NCBI GenBank assembly: GCA_040289665.1
Contig: PSLO01000009.1
Span: 3,308-67,307 of the forward strand
DNA length: 64,000 bases
Origin: Leptolyngbya sp. ERB_1_1
GTDB lineage: Bacteria; Cyanobacteriota; Cyanobacteriia; Leptolyngbyales; Leptolyngbyaceae
Direction of reading: 5' to 3'
Positions 51,304-60,415 of this stretch are shown here, one piece after another (the stretch's first letter is position 1; the number at the start of each line of letters is the position of its first letter). Below the pieces are notes generated by a model that worked only from the letters and a program-made list of their open reading frames with translations, was not told the DNA's origin and ran no database searches. Made by a program: the position numbers and the translations under genes.

Positions 51304-51924
51304 ATGGAACCTCTTACCGAAGCCCAACAACAACTCTACGATTGGCTGGTTGAATACATCCGTGACCACCAACACGCTCCTTCGATTCGGCAAATGATGA
51401 CCGCGATGAATCTGAAGTCTCCGGCTCCTGTTCAAAGCCGCTTGGAGCATCTCCGCAATAAGGGCTATATCGGCTGGACAGAGGGACAAGCCCGCACGAT
51501 TCGGATTCTCAATCCGTTGCCGCAAGGAGTGCCGATTCGAGGCGCGATCGCGGCAACGAGTTTAGTTGAGACTTTCCCAGATGTGGAAGTCGAATACCTT
51601 GACTTGTCGAATTTGCTGTTGAAGCCGAATCATTTTGCTTTGAAAGTACGCGGTCACAGCATGATCGATGCGCTAATTGATGATGGCGATATTGTGATTT
51701 TGCAGCCTGTGAACGATGCGAGAGCGATTAAGAATGACACGATCGTTGCTGCCCACCATCAAGGCAAAGCGACACTGAAATACTTTGAGCGCAAAGGAAG
51801 TAAGGTAATTCTCAAACCTGGCAACCCGAATCGCGATTTGTATCCGATCACCGAAGTTCCTGCCTCAGAAGTTGAGATTCAAGGGGTTTTGGTTGGGGTT
51901 TGGCGCGGCTACGGCAAGATCTAA
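51304..51924 (+). CDS. lexA: LexA repressor with cyanobacterial-type DNA-binding domain; cleavage site reads Ala-Thr
   Basis: MEPLTEAQQQLYDWL...PSIRQMM..MNLKSPAPVQSRLEHLR...ARTIRIL, then GAIAATS, GHSM, TLK. Confidence 0.92.
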   Translation: MEPLTEAQQQLYDWLVEYIRDHQHAPSIRQMMTAMNLKSPAPVQSRLEHLRNKGYIGWTEGQARTIRILNPLPQGVPIRGAIAATSLVETFPDVEVEYLDLSNLLLKPNHFALKVRGHSMIDALIDDGDIVILQPVNDARAIKNDTIVAAHHQGKATLKYFERKGSKVILKPGNPNRDLYPITEVPASEVEIQGVLVGVWRGYGKI

Positions 51925-52070
51925 GTTGAGCCAAATCGTTGAGCCAAATCTTAGAATAGGGACGTTGTTGATCAGCGCCCCTGTTTTCGCTATCTCAATT
52001 AAGAGTTCTGAAGCGTGGAACAATCGAGCATCGTAAGCGATCGAGAATTTCAAATCGTCGTTACTATGCG

Positions 52071-53444
52071 ATGATGACTAACGTTCTCGCACATCCCGAT
52101 TCCGTGAATATTCAACCGTATCTCAGAGTGTTTCAGAGTCGAAAAATGGCGGCTCTGATCTTACTCGGCTTCTCGTCTGGTCTGCCGTTTTACTTAACCG
52201 GAAAAGATCCGCTTCAGGCTTGGTTAAGTCAAGAAGGTGTCGATTTGAAAGTGATCGCAGCCTTTAGCGTGGCGGCGATTCCGTATTCGCTGAAATTCTT
52301 GTGGTCGCCGTTGCTCGATCGCTTTGTGCCCCCGCTCCTCGGACGCAGACGCGGATGGCTCATCGTGAGTCAGATTATTTTGCTACTCGCGATCGGCTGG
52401 ATGGCATTCCAAGATACTAGCCAGTTGCAGCAAGTTGCGGTAAATTCGGCGGACGCGTGTCGAGATGAAACAGTGTTCAAAGGCTTTTGTAGTTTTTGGC
52501 AAACCATCAAGGCACTTTCGATTAGTCCGTTTTTCATAGCGGCATTGATCGTTGCATTTTTTAGCGCGAGTCAGGATATTGTCGCGGATGCGTATCGAAC
52601 CGAAGTTTTACAAGAATACGAACGGGGTGCGGGAGCTTCGGTCTTTTTGCTCGGTTATCGGTTGGCGATTTTGGTTGCTGGGGCAGTTACGTTTTATTTA
52701 GCGGGAATCATGCCTTGGCGATGGGTGTATGTGATTATGGCGTTGCTAATGTCGATCGGCATTATCAGTTCGTTAATTGCACCAGAACCGACGACGCAAA
52801 TTCGACCCCCTGAAACACTGAGAGAATCAGTCGTAATGCCGTTTCAGGATTTTATCGGGCGGAATGGATTCGGACAGGCGATCGCAATTCTCGCATTCAT
52901 TGTAGTTTATCGTTTAGGCGATTCATTACTGCGGAACGTTGCAACGCCGTTTTTACTCGATAAAGGCTTGAAGTTTAGCCCCGAAGATTTAGCCACACCG
53001 AGAGCATTGAGTATTGTAGCGGTGATCGTTGGAACGCTCGCGGGGGGAGCGATTATGACGCGAATCGGGGTGAATCGATCGCTGTGGTTTTTCGCTGTGC
53101 TGCAAGCGAGTGGAAATCTGCTTTATGTTTTGCTTGCAGAAGTGGGAAAAAGTTTCCCATTAATGGTTCTGGCAATTAATTTAGAAAACTTTTGCGCCGG
53201 ATTAGAGTCAGCGGCATTTGTGGCGTTTTTGATGGGATTGTGCAATCCGGGACTGGCTGCAACTCAGTACGCCTTGCTATCAAGTTTAGCGGCGTTTAGC
53301 CGTGATATTTTGGTTGCACCTTCGGGACAGTGGGCACAGGCAATGGGTTGGACATCATTCTTTTTGCTCACGGCAATTCTGGCGTTACCGGGGTTATTGC
53401 TTCTACCTTTCTTCGCACCGTGGAATGAACGCAAGGCAGGTTAG
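52071..53444 (+). CDS. ampG: AmpG-family muropeptide MFS transporter
   Basis: LGFSSGLP, LKFLWSPLLDR, RRRGW, SASQDIVADAYR, ATQYALLSSL. Confidence 0.9.
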   Translation: MMTNVLAHPDSVNIQPYLRVFQSRKMAALILLGFSSGLPFYLTGKDPLQAWLSQEGVDLKVIAAFSVAAIPYSLKFLWSPLLDRFVPPLLGRRRGWLIVSQIILLLAIGWMAFQDTSQLQQVAVNSADACRDETVFKGFCSFWQTIKALSISPFFIAALIVAFFSASQDIVADAYRTEVLQEYERGAGASVFLLGYRLAILVAGAVTFYLAGIMPWRWVYVIMALLMSIGIISSLIAPEPTTQIRPPETLRESVVMPFQDFIGRNGFGQAIAILAFIVVYRLGDSLLRNVATPFLLDKGLKFSPEDLATPRALSIVAVIVGTLAGGAIMTRIGVNRSLWFFAVLQASGNLLYVLLAEVGKSFPLMVLAINLENFCAGLESAAFVAFLMGLCNPGLAATQYALLSSLAAFSRDILVAPSGQWAQAMGWTSFFLLTAILALPGLLLLPFFAPWNERKAG

Positions 53445-53498
53445 CGATTCCTTTCGATGATTGTTAGGGTGCGATCGCTCATTCAGTCATCTTATGAA

Positions 53499-53607
53499 GA
53501 CTAACGGCAAAACGCAGCGACGGCAGATAACTTCGAGCTTAGGCATCAGTAACTTCGAGCTTAGGCATCAGCGATTTCCGTCCATCCGCTGCCATGAAGT
53601 GTTAGCC
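53499..53607 (-). mobile_element. Integron attC-like recombination site (109 bp)
   Basis: Minus strand: R'' GGCTAAC - ACTTC (5 nt) - L'' ATGGCAGC ... L' GCTGCGT - TTTGCC (6 nt) - R' GTTAGTC. L'' has one extra base relative to L'. Inner arm GACGG/CCGTC. The stop codon of the upstream ORF lies within R''. Confidence 0.75.
53528..53571. repeat. Perfect 22-bp tandem duplication inside the attC-like site
   Basis: TAACTTCGAGCTTAGGCATCAG at 53528-53549 and 53550-53571. Confidence 0.95.
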
Positions 53608-54222
53608 CGGTAGCAAAGACTGCATATCTGATATGTACACTGAGTAGTTTTTCCAGTCGAGAATCTGTATGACATCATAAGCTAAGTTCTCTTGAGGGTG
53701 CAAAGTAAGGGAAAACTGATTACCAAAAGTAGCTGCTAGATTAGCAAAACAATCTTGTATGGGTCTCCTAAAACTACCTTCCTCATAATGCAATGATTGA
53801 TTACGCCCTTGCCAAATTACATTTTTTAATTTCTCAGATCCGACGCTTCTTCCGTCAGAACAATTAGTGAGATTACCATGCACTTTTGATATTCCTTGTT
53901 TAGCAATTTGTAGTAAGGCTCCACATAGAGCATTGATAGAATCTTTCTTAATGTCGATCGATAATTCCAACCGCTTTATCTCTTCTTGTAAATCAGTAAT
54001 CTCTTGCTGCTCTTTAGCCCAGTTTACAAAATAGGATTGTAACTTTATCTCATCAACATCATCGTTCCACTCTGAATCCCTAAATCGCCTGTATAGAAAT
54101 TCTAGTTTGGGTTTCTTAGCTTCACATGCCAACTGAATTTGTGCAATCTGAACTTCCTCAGCAGTAATTAGCTCAACTAATTGATGAACTGCATAATCCG
54201 TATCGATTAAATATTGATTCAT
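53602..54222 (-). CDS. AT-rich cassette-like gene; coiled-coil N-terminus with R-x4-H (HEPN-like) motif
   Basis: 206-aa ORF. Three 60-nt lines counted by hand gave 32-40% GC, and the neighbours appear GC-richer. No full HIP1 site. Motif WQGRNQSLHYEEG. Confidence 0.8.
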   Translation of the reverse strand: MNQYLIDTDYAVHQLVELITAEEVQIAQIQLACEAKKPKLEFLYRRFRDSEWNDDVDEIKLQSYFVNWAKEQQEITDLQEEIKRLELSIDIKKDSINALCGALLQIAKQGISKVHGNLTNCSDGRSVGSEKLKNVIWQGRNQSLHYEEGSFRRPIQDCFANLAATFGNQFSLTLHPQENLAYDVIQILDWKNYSVYISDMQSLLPG

Positions 54223-54323
54223 AGCATCACTCTATCGATTTTCTCAATGATATTAATTTTCAAGAGGGCTTGGAGTATGGGAGATAGCTATGCTGAGTGA
54301 ACTGCCTGCACCAAGAACTTGAG

Positions 54324-54345
54324 GGCTAACTATGAATTAGACGGA
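54324..54345 (-). mobile_element. Core site / att half-site marking the 5' edge of the putative cassette
   Basis: Minus strand TCCGTCTAATTCATA-GTTAGCC. GTTAGCC is the exact complement of the GGCTAAC inverse core at 53601-53607. Confidence 0.5.
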
Positions 54346-54600
54346 TCTGACCTGTCCTACTCTGTTTCGGATTGCTCAAGCCCTCGCTTCACTCTGCCAA
54401 TAATCTGCAAGCACGATCGCACAATGTCCTATTGACTCTGCCTCAAAATCAATTAGTCTCTCAAGCTAAGAAAATTGGTGTCCCACACTGTTTGCCTAAA
54501 GTCCCAAAAATTGAATTCCACCAGCGCTGCCCAAAGTTGCTCGTACCAACGATGAGCAGCTAACAGTCTTGGACGGTTAGCACCAGTCCGGCAGACTACT

Positions 54601-54630
54601 AAAACTCCACACCCTTGAAAGTCTGGAGTT
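54601..54630 (-). terminator. Probable terminator after pdhC
   Basis: AACTCCA / TGGAGTT stem followed by a T-run on the minus strand. Confidence 0.5.
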
Positions 54631-54648
54631 CTACAACCATTCACTGTT

Positions 54649-55947
54649 CTACAAAGTCAACGATTGAGCATCGGTCTCAATCAGTTTTGCTAAATCGCGT
54701 AAGAATGCTGCTGCAACCGCGCCATAAATAATCCGGTGATCGCAAGTGATATTGACCTGCATTTGCCGACGAACGCCTAGCATCCCGTCATCATTCGCGA
54801 CTACATTTGCTCGTGAAGCGCCGATCGCTAAAATCGCTCCCTGTCCGGGCGGCAAAATTGCGTCAAACGAATCCACGCCAAACATTCCTAGATTCGATAG
54901 CGTGAAGGTTCCAGAGCTATACTCATCGGGTTGGAGTTGCTTGGTTCTGGCTCGATCGACTAAATCTTTCCAATTGCGAGACAGTGAGTAGAGATCTTGC
55001 TGATCCGCATTCTGCAATACAGGCGTGATCAAGCCGCCATCTTCCATTGCAACCGCAACCGCAACATTGATCGAAGCATTAAATCGAATGCCATTTTCAA
55101 CGTAGCTTGCATACAGCAAAGGATGTTTTTGTAATGTGACTGCAGCCGCTTTTGCTAATAGCGCAGTCATCGTTACACCTTTCGATTTCACTTGCTTGTA
55201 GAGCTTGTCGAGCGCGTCCGTGGTGATCGTATATCCCACGTGGAATACCGGAACCTCTAAACTTGCCATCATGTTTCGCACAACAGCGGTTTGTAAGGTG
55301 GTCATCGGTTGTACTTGTCCGGGTTGCGCGGGAATCGGAGCAGGCGCGGGGCGCGGAGTCGATGCGATTGTGGCAACCGGAGCGGGAGTGGCGGGAACCG
55401 GGAGTTTTGCGGGCTCGCTTACGAGAGCCGAAGGCACCGTCGCTGTGGGTGTTTTTCCAGCGGCAGCTTCGACATCTTCAGCCACGATCCGACCGTGAGG
55501 ACCGCTACCCACGAGGGTAGAGAGTTCAACTTTGAGATCTTTCGCGAGTTTGCGGGCGCGAGGAGACGCGATCGTTCTGCCATTTTTGGGTGCGGCGGTG
55601 CTACCGTTGGCTGAGGCAACGGCGGTTACAGGTTCTGGGGTTGGGGCAGGAGTGGGTTCAGGAGCGGGAGCCGACACCGCTTGCTGTTTGGCGAGTTCGA
55701 TTTCGGCTTCGGTTTCGGCTAAAAGCGCGATCGCACTGCCGACCGGGGCGGTTTCGCCTGCTGCGGTGACGATCGTGGCAAGATAGCCTTCGTAAAAAGA
55801 CTCGACATCCATATCGGCTTTGTCCGATTCGACCACCACGACGGTTTCGCCTTTTTCAATCTTGTCGCCCGGAGACTTGACCCAGGACACGATTTTTCCT
55901 TCGGTCATCGTGGAGCTGAGAGCGGGCATGAAAATTTCGTGGATCAT
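54649..55947 (-). CDS. pdhC: Pyruvate dehydrogenase E2, dihydrolipoamide acetyltransferase
   Basis: MPALSSTMTEG, lipoyl motif ESDKADM, E3-binding ASPRARKLA, catalytic DHRIIYG. Confidence 0.96.
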   Translation of the reverse strand: MIHEIFMPALSSTMTEGKIVSWVKSPGDKIEKGETVVVVESDKADMDVESFYEGYLATIVTAAGETAPVGSAIALLAETEAEIELAKQQAVSAPAPEPTPAPTPEPVTAVASANGSTAAPKNGRTIASPRARKLAKDLKVELSTLVGSGPHGRIVAEDVEAAAGKTPTATVPSALVSEPAKLPVPATPAPVATIASTPRPAPAPIPAQPGQVQPMTTLQTAVVRNMMASLEVPVFHVGYTITTDALDKLYKQVKSKGVTMTALLAKAAAVTLQKHPLLYASYVENGIRFNASINVAVAVAMEDGGLITPVLQNADQQDLYSLSRNWKDLVDRARTKQLQPDEYSSGTFTLSNLGMFGVDSFDAILPPGQGAILAIGASRANVVANDDGMLGVRRQMQVNITCDHRIIYGAVAAAFLRDLAKLIETDAQSLTL

Positions 55948-56020
55948 GGCGGTTAATCAGGGATAGATCTAAACACAAGCAGTGCAGATCAGATTGTATC
56001 GAATATTGGTCGGAAAACCG

Positions 56021-58084
56021 CTAATTCTGAACTGCTGCTCGGATTGCTTTGAATAATTCCGCTGGCTCGATTGGTTTGGTGACGTGCGCTTGAAATCCTG
56101 CTGCGAGAGCTGCTTGGCGGTCTTGATTGCGAGCATAGGCGGTAACGGCGATCGCGTTAATCGTTCGCCCTTCGGAGCGCAGTTGACGAATCAGTTGAAA
56201 TCCATCAACTCCAGGCATTCCTAGATCACTGATTAAAAGGTCAGACTGAGAATCTGCGAGCTTCGATCGCGCTTCTTCAGCCGAGCTTGCAGCAGTGACG
56301 ATCGCGCCTTGCTGTTCGAGCAAAAAGGCAAGAAGTTCACGCGCGTCCGCTTCGTCATCGACAATGAGAATTCTCAGCCCTGTCAGTTGATCGTCGGTGG
56401 TGTGATCGAGCGGTGCGACCAAAGGTTGTACGGGAGTCGCGAGTCGCGGTAGCGCAATGGTGAAGGTTGCACCTTGGTTTTCACCCGGACTATCGACGCT
56501 GATTCGACCGTTATGGCGCTCAATGATGTGGCGCACGATCGCTAATCCTAATCCCAAACCGCCAAATTGCCGGGTGATGCTGCTATCAGCTTGGCGAAAT
56601 TGCTCAAAGACGTGCGGTAGAAATTCCGGGACGATGCCTTTTCCCGTGTCTTGAATTTTGAGAACGATCGTGGAATCGTGGCTAGAAAGATTGATCGTGA
56701 TTTTGCCATCGTTGGGCGTGAATTTTACGGCATTCGATAAGAGATTCCAGACGACTTGCTGAAGTCGGTTGAAGTCGCCTAAAACGCTAGCAGAAGTGGA
56801 ATTTAAGCGGGTTTGAATCTGGATGTTTTTGGCTTGGGCGGAGAGGCGAACGGTTTCGATCGCGGCTTCGATCACCGCGATTAAATTCACAGGTGCGAGC
56901 GTTAACGCTAATTTTCCGCGCAGAATTCTCGACACATCAAGCAGATCTTCGATCAGTTGCGATTGCAGTTTGGCGTTGCGCTCAATCGTTTCGAGAGCTT
57001 GCTGCGTCTGGGTTTCTCCGAGGTTGCGGGTTCTGAGAAGTCTGATCCAGCCTAAGATTGGATTGAGGGGCGATCGAAGTTCGTGTGAGACGACCGCGAG
57101 AAATTCGTCTTTAATACGATTCGCTTTTTCTTGTTCAAGTCGGGCAGCGCGTTCTCGCTCTAACGCATTGTCGCGCTCTTCGATCAGCAGTTTTTGGTCA
57201 TGAATGTCGGTGCAAGAGCCAAACCATCTGAGGATGTTGCCGTCTTGATCACGCAAGGGAAGTGCCCGTCCGATGTGCCAGCGATATTCTCCTGTTTTGG
57301 CATACCGGAGCCGATATTCAACGTTGTAAGGCTCGCCCGTTTTGAGGCAGTGTTGCCAAGCGACAGCGGCTTTTTCAGCATCTTCACGATTAAAGCAATT
57401 CTGCCACCCTTCACCGTTTGTCTCTCCTAGCTTTGTTCCAGTGTAATCATACCAGCGTTGATTAAAGTAATCATGGTATCCGTCTGGACGTGTGATCCAG
57501 AATATTTGCGGCATCGTATCCGCTAGCATTTTATAAATAAGCTGACTTTCTTCTAAAGCATCTTCTGTTTGTCTGAGTCTCGTAATATCGGTTTGTGATC
57601 CGGTGACTCGAATGGCGCGTCCTGCTTCGTCCCAAACTGCCTGTCCTCGATCGAGTACCCAAATCATCGTTCCATCTCGTCGCAAGATCCGGTACTCATC
57701 GCTGTACTGTCCTGATCCTTGTGTAACATAGCGATGAAAGTTTTCGAGAACGCGATCGCGATCTTCCGGATGTGCGGTTTCATACCAAGCCGCAATGGAG
57801 TCAGTAATACTCTCATCTTCTGAAATTCCGCGTAGTCCTTTCCAGCGATCGGAGACATACCACTGATTTGCAACCACATCCCAATCCCAAAAACCGTCTT
57901 GGCTGCCTCGCACAAATCGCTCAAACCGCGCCTCACTGTTTCGCAAGGCTGCTTCTGCTTGCTGGAGCCGCTCTAGTGCCTGAGAGTAAGTCGGCTTTGT
58001 CTCCGAGGCTTGTGGGCTGCTCTGACCCTCGGCGCAGGGATGCAGATAAATCTCATACAAATCACCAGATCGGGAGTCTTCCAT
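56021..58084 (-). CDS. PAS-PAS hybrid histidine kinase with C-terminal receiver
   Basis: Two PAS/PAC domains (HPEDR, YRILRRDG; EYRLR..TGEYRW), H-box VSHELRSPL, NAVKFT, GGLGLGL, receiver ILIVDDE. Likely start MEDS at 58084. Confidence 0.92.
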   Translation of the reverse strand: MEDSRSGDLYEIYLHPCAEGQSSPQASETKPTYSQALERLQQAEAALRNSEARFERFVRGSQDGFWDWDVVANQWYVSDRWKGLRGISEDESITDSIAAWYETAHPEDRDRVLENFHRYVTQGSGQYSDEYRILRRDGTMIWVLDRGQAVWDEAGRAIRVTGSQTDITRLRQTEDALEESQLIYKMLADTMPQIFWITRPDGYHDYFNQRWYDYTGTKLGETNGEGWQNCFNREDAEKAAVAWQHCLKTGEPYNVEYRLRYAKTGEYRWHIGRALPLRDQDGNILRWFGSCTDIHDQKLLIEERDNALERERAARLEQEKANRIKDEFLAVVSHELRSPLNPILGWIRLLRTRNLGETQTQQALETIERNAKLQSQLIEDLLDVSRILRGKLALTLAPVNLIAVIEAAIETVRLSAQAKNIQIQTRLNSTSASVLGDFNRLQQVVWNLLSNAVKFTPNDGKITINLSSHDSTIVLKIQDTGKGIVPEFLPHVFEQFRQADSSITRQFGGLGLGLAIVRHIIERHNGRISVDSPGENQGATFTIALPRLATPVQPLVAPLDHTTDDQLTGLRILIVDDEADARELLAFLLEQQGAIVTAASSAEEARSKLADSQSDLLISDLGMPGVDGFQLIRQLRSEGRTINAIAVTAYARNQDRQAALAAGFQAHVTKPIEPAELFKAIRAAVQN

Positions 58085-58161
58085 GACAAGCAGATTCAGA
58101 AAAAAGCAAATCCCCTCGACGGGGTATCTTATACCGTAGCTCTGTCCATAGAGAGACACTT

Positions 58162-59427
58162 CTACCCAAAGGAAGAGGCAGATTTTTGCTGCTTGAAGAA
58201 ATCTCCAATCAGATACAGTGAACCACAAAGAACAGTGAGATCAGGCTGATGAATGGTGCTCTCTAATGCGCTAAAAATATCAGGATAAGTCTGGCAAACG
58301 GCTAAGGTCGGACAGATTTCTTGGGCGATCGCTGCTAATTCGTTTAATTCAGCCGAACTATGATCGGGAACTGGAACTAGCAGCAGCGAATCTTGCGATC
58401 GCAATAGTGCTTTAAAGACATCCGCGTGATCCTTAGTAGACAGCATTCCCATCACCCACTGTATCGGAGATTTTCCAATTTGATCAGTGTATTTTCGCAA
58501 TGCTTCAGCGCTTGCGGGATTGTGTGCGCCATCGATTAGAATTCGATGTCCTTTCCAGTCATACCACTGTAATCGTCCTGCCCAGGTTGTGTTTTGAATT
58601 CCATTGACAATCGCGTTGTCGGGGATGTTCCAATTTTGTTGGCGGAGGAATTGAATGGCTGCGATCGCAAGCGCTGAGTTATGTAACTGAATGTCACCTT
58701 GAAGCGAAAGTTGATATTTTAGCGATCCTTGATATGCCCAATCTCCAATTAGCTTAGAAGGTGCGGGATAAACTGCCGGACAGTTGAGATCGGCAATTCG
58801 TCGATCGATGACAGTTTTTGCTTCACTCGGTAATTGTCCGATCACCGCTGGACAGCGAGATTTAAGAATTCCGGCTTTTTCACCTGCAATACTCGCCAAC
58901 GTAAATCCTAATCGCTGCCAATGTTCCCGACTGATCGAAACAATCACACTGACTAACGGATGCTCAATCACATTCGTTGCATCTAATCGTCCTCCTAAAC
59001 CGACTTCGATGACCGCAATTTCGACGTTCTGTTCTGCAAAATAAAGCCACATTGCAGCCGTCAACACTTCAAACTGAGTCGGCGAACAGGTTGGATCAAT
59101 CTTTGACTGCACATTGAGCAACGTTTGATACAGTGCTTCAGGGTCGATTGATTGATTATTAATGCAAATTCGCTCTGTCCAATCGATCAGATGCGGTGAA
59201 GTATAGCGTCCAGTTTTGTAACCTGCTTCAGTCAAAATTGTCGAGAGATATGCACAGACTGAACCTTTTCCATTACTACCTGCGACATGAACGACTGGAA
59301 CTCGTTCTTGTGGATTTCCCAGGTCTGCAAGCAGCTTCAGACTCGCTTCTAGACCAAGATGCACGCCAAAGCGCTCATAAGACTGTAGCAACGCCTCTAT
59401 TTTTTGAATCGTTTCCGAATTTTTCAT
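58162..59427 (-). CDS. folC: Bifunctional folylpolyglutamate synthase / dihydrofolate synthase
   Basis: HVAGSNGKGS, YTSPHL, EVGLGGRLDATN, DGAHN, GSLYLIG. Confidence 0.95.
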   Translation of the reverse strand: MKNSETIQKIEALLQSYERFGVHLGLEASLKLLADLGNPQERVPVVHVAGSNGKGSVCAYLSTILTEAGYKTGRYTSPHLIDWTERICINNQSIDPEALYQTLLNVQSKIDPTCSPTQFEVLTAAMWLYFAEQNVEIAVIEVGLGGRLDATNVIEHPLVSVIVSISREHWQRLGFTLASIAGEKAGILKSRCPAVIGQLPSEAKTVIDRRIADLNCPAVYPAPSKLIGDWAYQGSLKYQLSLQGDIQLHNSALAIAAIQFLRQQNWNIPDNAIVNGIQNTTWAGRLQWYDWKGHRILIDGAHNPASAEALRKYTDQIGKSPIQWVMGMLSTKDHADVFKALLRSQDSLLLVPVPDHSSAELNELAAIAQEICPTLAVCQTYPDIFSALESTIHQPDLTVLCGSLYLIGDFFKQQKSASSFG

Positions 59428-59509
59428 CGCTGAGAATTGAAACCGCTTTTTATTAAACCAGAGCGATCGCTTACCTCTACAATAAAAGACTGAATTGAAA
59501 CCGCTCGTC

Positions 59510-60415
59510 ATGTCTACTGTTACTGTTCGCGTTCCTGCTACAACTGCTAATCTGGGGGCTGGCTTCGACTGTCTCGGAGCCGCGCTGACGCTTTACAACG
59601 AGTTCCAGTTTTCCCCGATCGAAACTGGGTTAGAAATCACGGCAACGGGAGCAGAAGCCGATCGAGTTTCGCTCAATTCGAGTAATTTGGTGTATCGAGC
59701 ATTTGCAAAATTTTACGATCGCATCGATCAATCGGTTCCTGCAATCAAACTCAATATCAAAATGGATGTGCCATTAGCGCGGGGTTTGGGCAGTTCAGCC
59801 ACGGCGATCATCGGTGGATTGGTGGGAGCGAACGAACTCGCTGGAACGCCTCTGACTCAGCTTGAAATTGCAGAACTCGCCACAGAGATCGAAGGACATC
59901 CTGATAATGTGGTGCCTGCATTAATGGGGGGGTGTCGTTTGACAGCATCGGGAGTCGATCGAGCTTGGGAAATTTGTAGTTTGGCTTGGCATTTGAGCAT
60001 TGTTCCGATCGTCGCTATTCCTAATTTTGAACTGTCAACGGTTGAGGCTCGGAGCGTTTTGCCTAAAACTTACAGCCGCGCGGATGCGATCTTTAATACG
60101 GCTCATTTGGGACTGTTGATTCGGGGCTTAGAAACCGGAAATGCAGATTGGTTAAAAGCAGCATTGCACGATCGCATTCATCAACCTTACCGGGAAAAGC
60201 TGATCAAAGGATATGAGGTCGTAAGAGCAGCCGCGATCGATGCTGGAGCTTACGGCATGGTGATTAGTGGAGCCGGATCGACGGTGCTAGCATTGGCGCA
60301 TCAAGAGAAAGCAGAATCGGTGAATGCTGCAATGGAGGAGGCTTGGACAGCGTGTGGTGTGAGAGTGCAGGTGAAAAATTTAGCGATCGAATCTCAAGGA
60401 ACCCGCATTATCTAA
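59510..60415 (+). CDS. thrB: Homoserine kinase
   Basis: [39 protein letters not shown]. Confidence 0.95.
   Translation: MSTVTVRVPATTANLGAGFDCLGAALTLYNEFQFSPIETGLEITATGAEADRVSLNSSNLVYRAFAKFYDRIDQSVPAIKLNIKMDVPLARGLGSSATAIIGGLVGANELAGTPLTQLEIAELATEIEGHPDNVVPALMGGCRLTASGVDRAWEICSLAWHLSIVPIVAIPNFELSTVEARSVLPKTYSRADAIFNTAHLGLLIRGLETGNADWLKAALHDRIHQPYREKLIKGYEVVRAAAIDAGAYGMVISGAGSTVLALAHQEKAESVNAAMEEAWTACGVRVQVKNLAIESQGTRII

Noticed and set aside
51925-51950. 13-bp tandem repeat GTTGAGCCAAATC x2 after lexA
   Set aside because: Real but tiny; most simply replication slippage with no sign of function.
53528-53571. Direct repeats as a mini CRISPR array
   Set aside because: The two 22-bp copies abut with no spacer and no cas genes are present; it is a tandem duplication.
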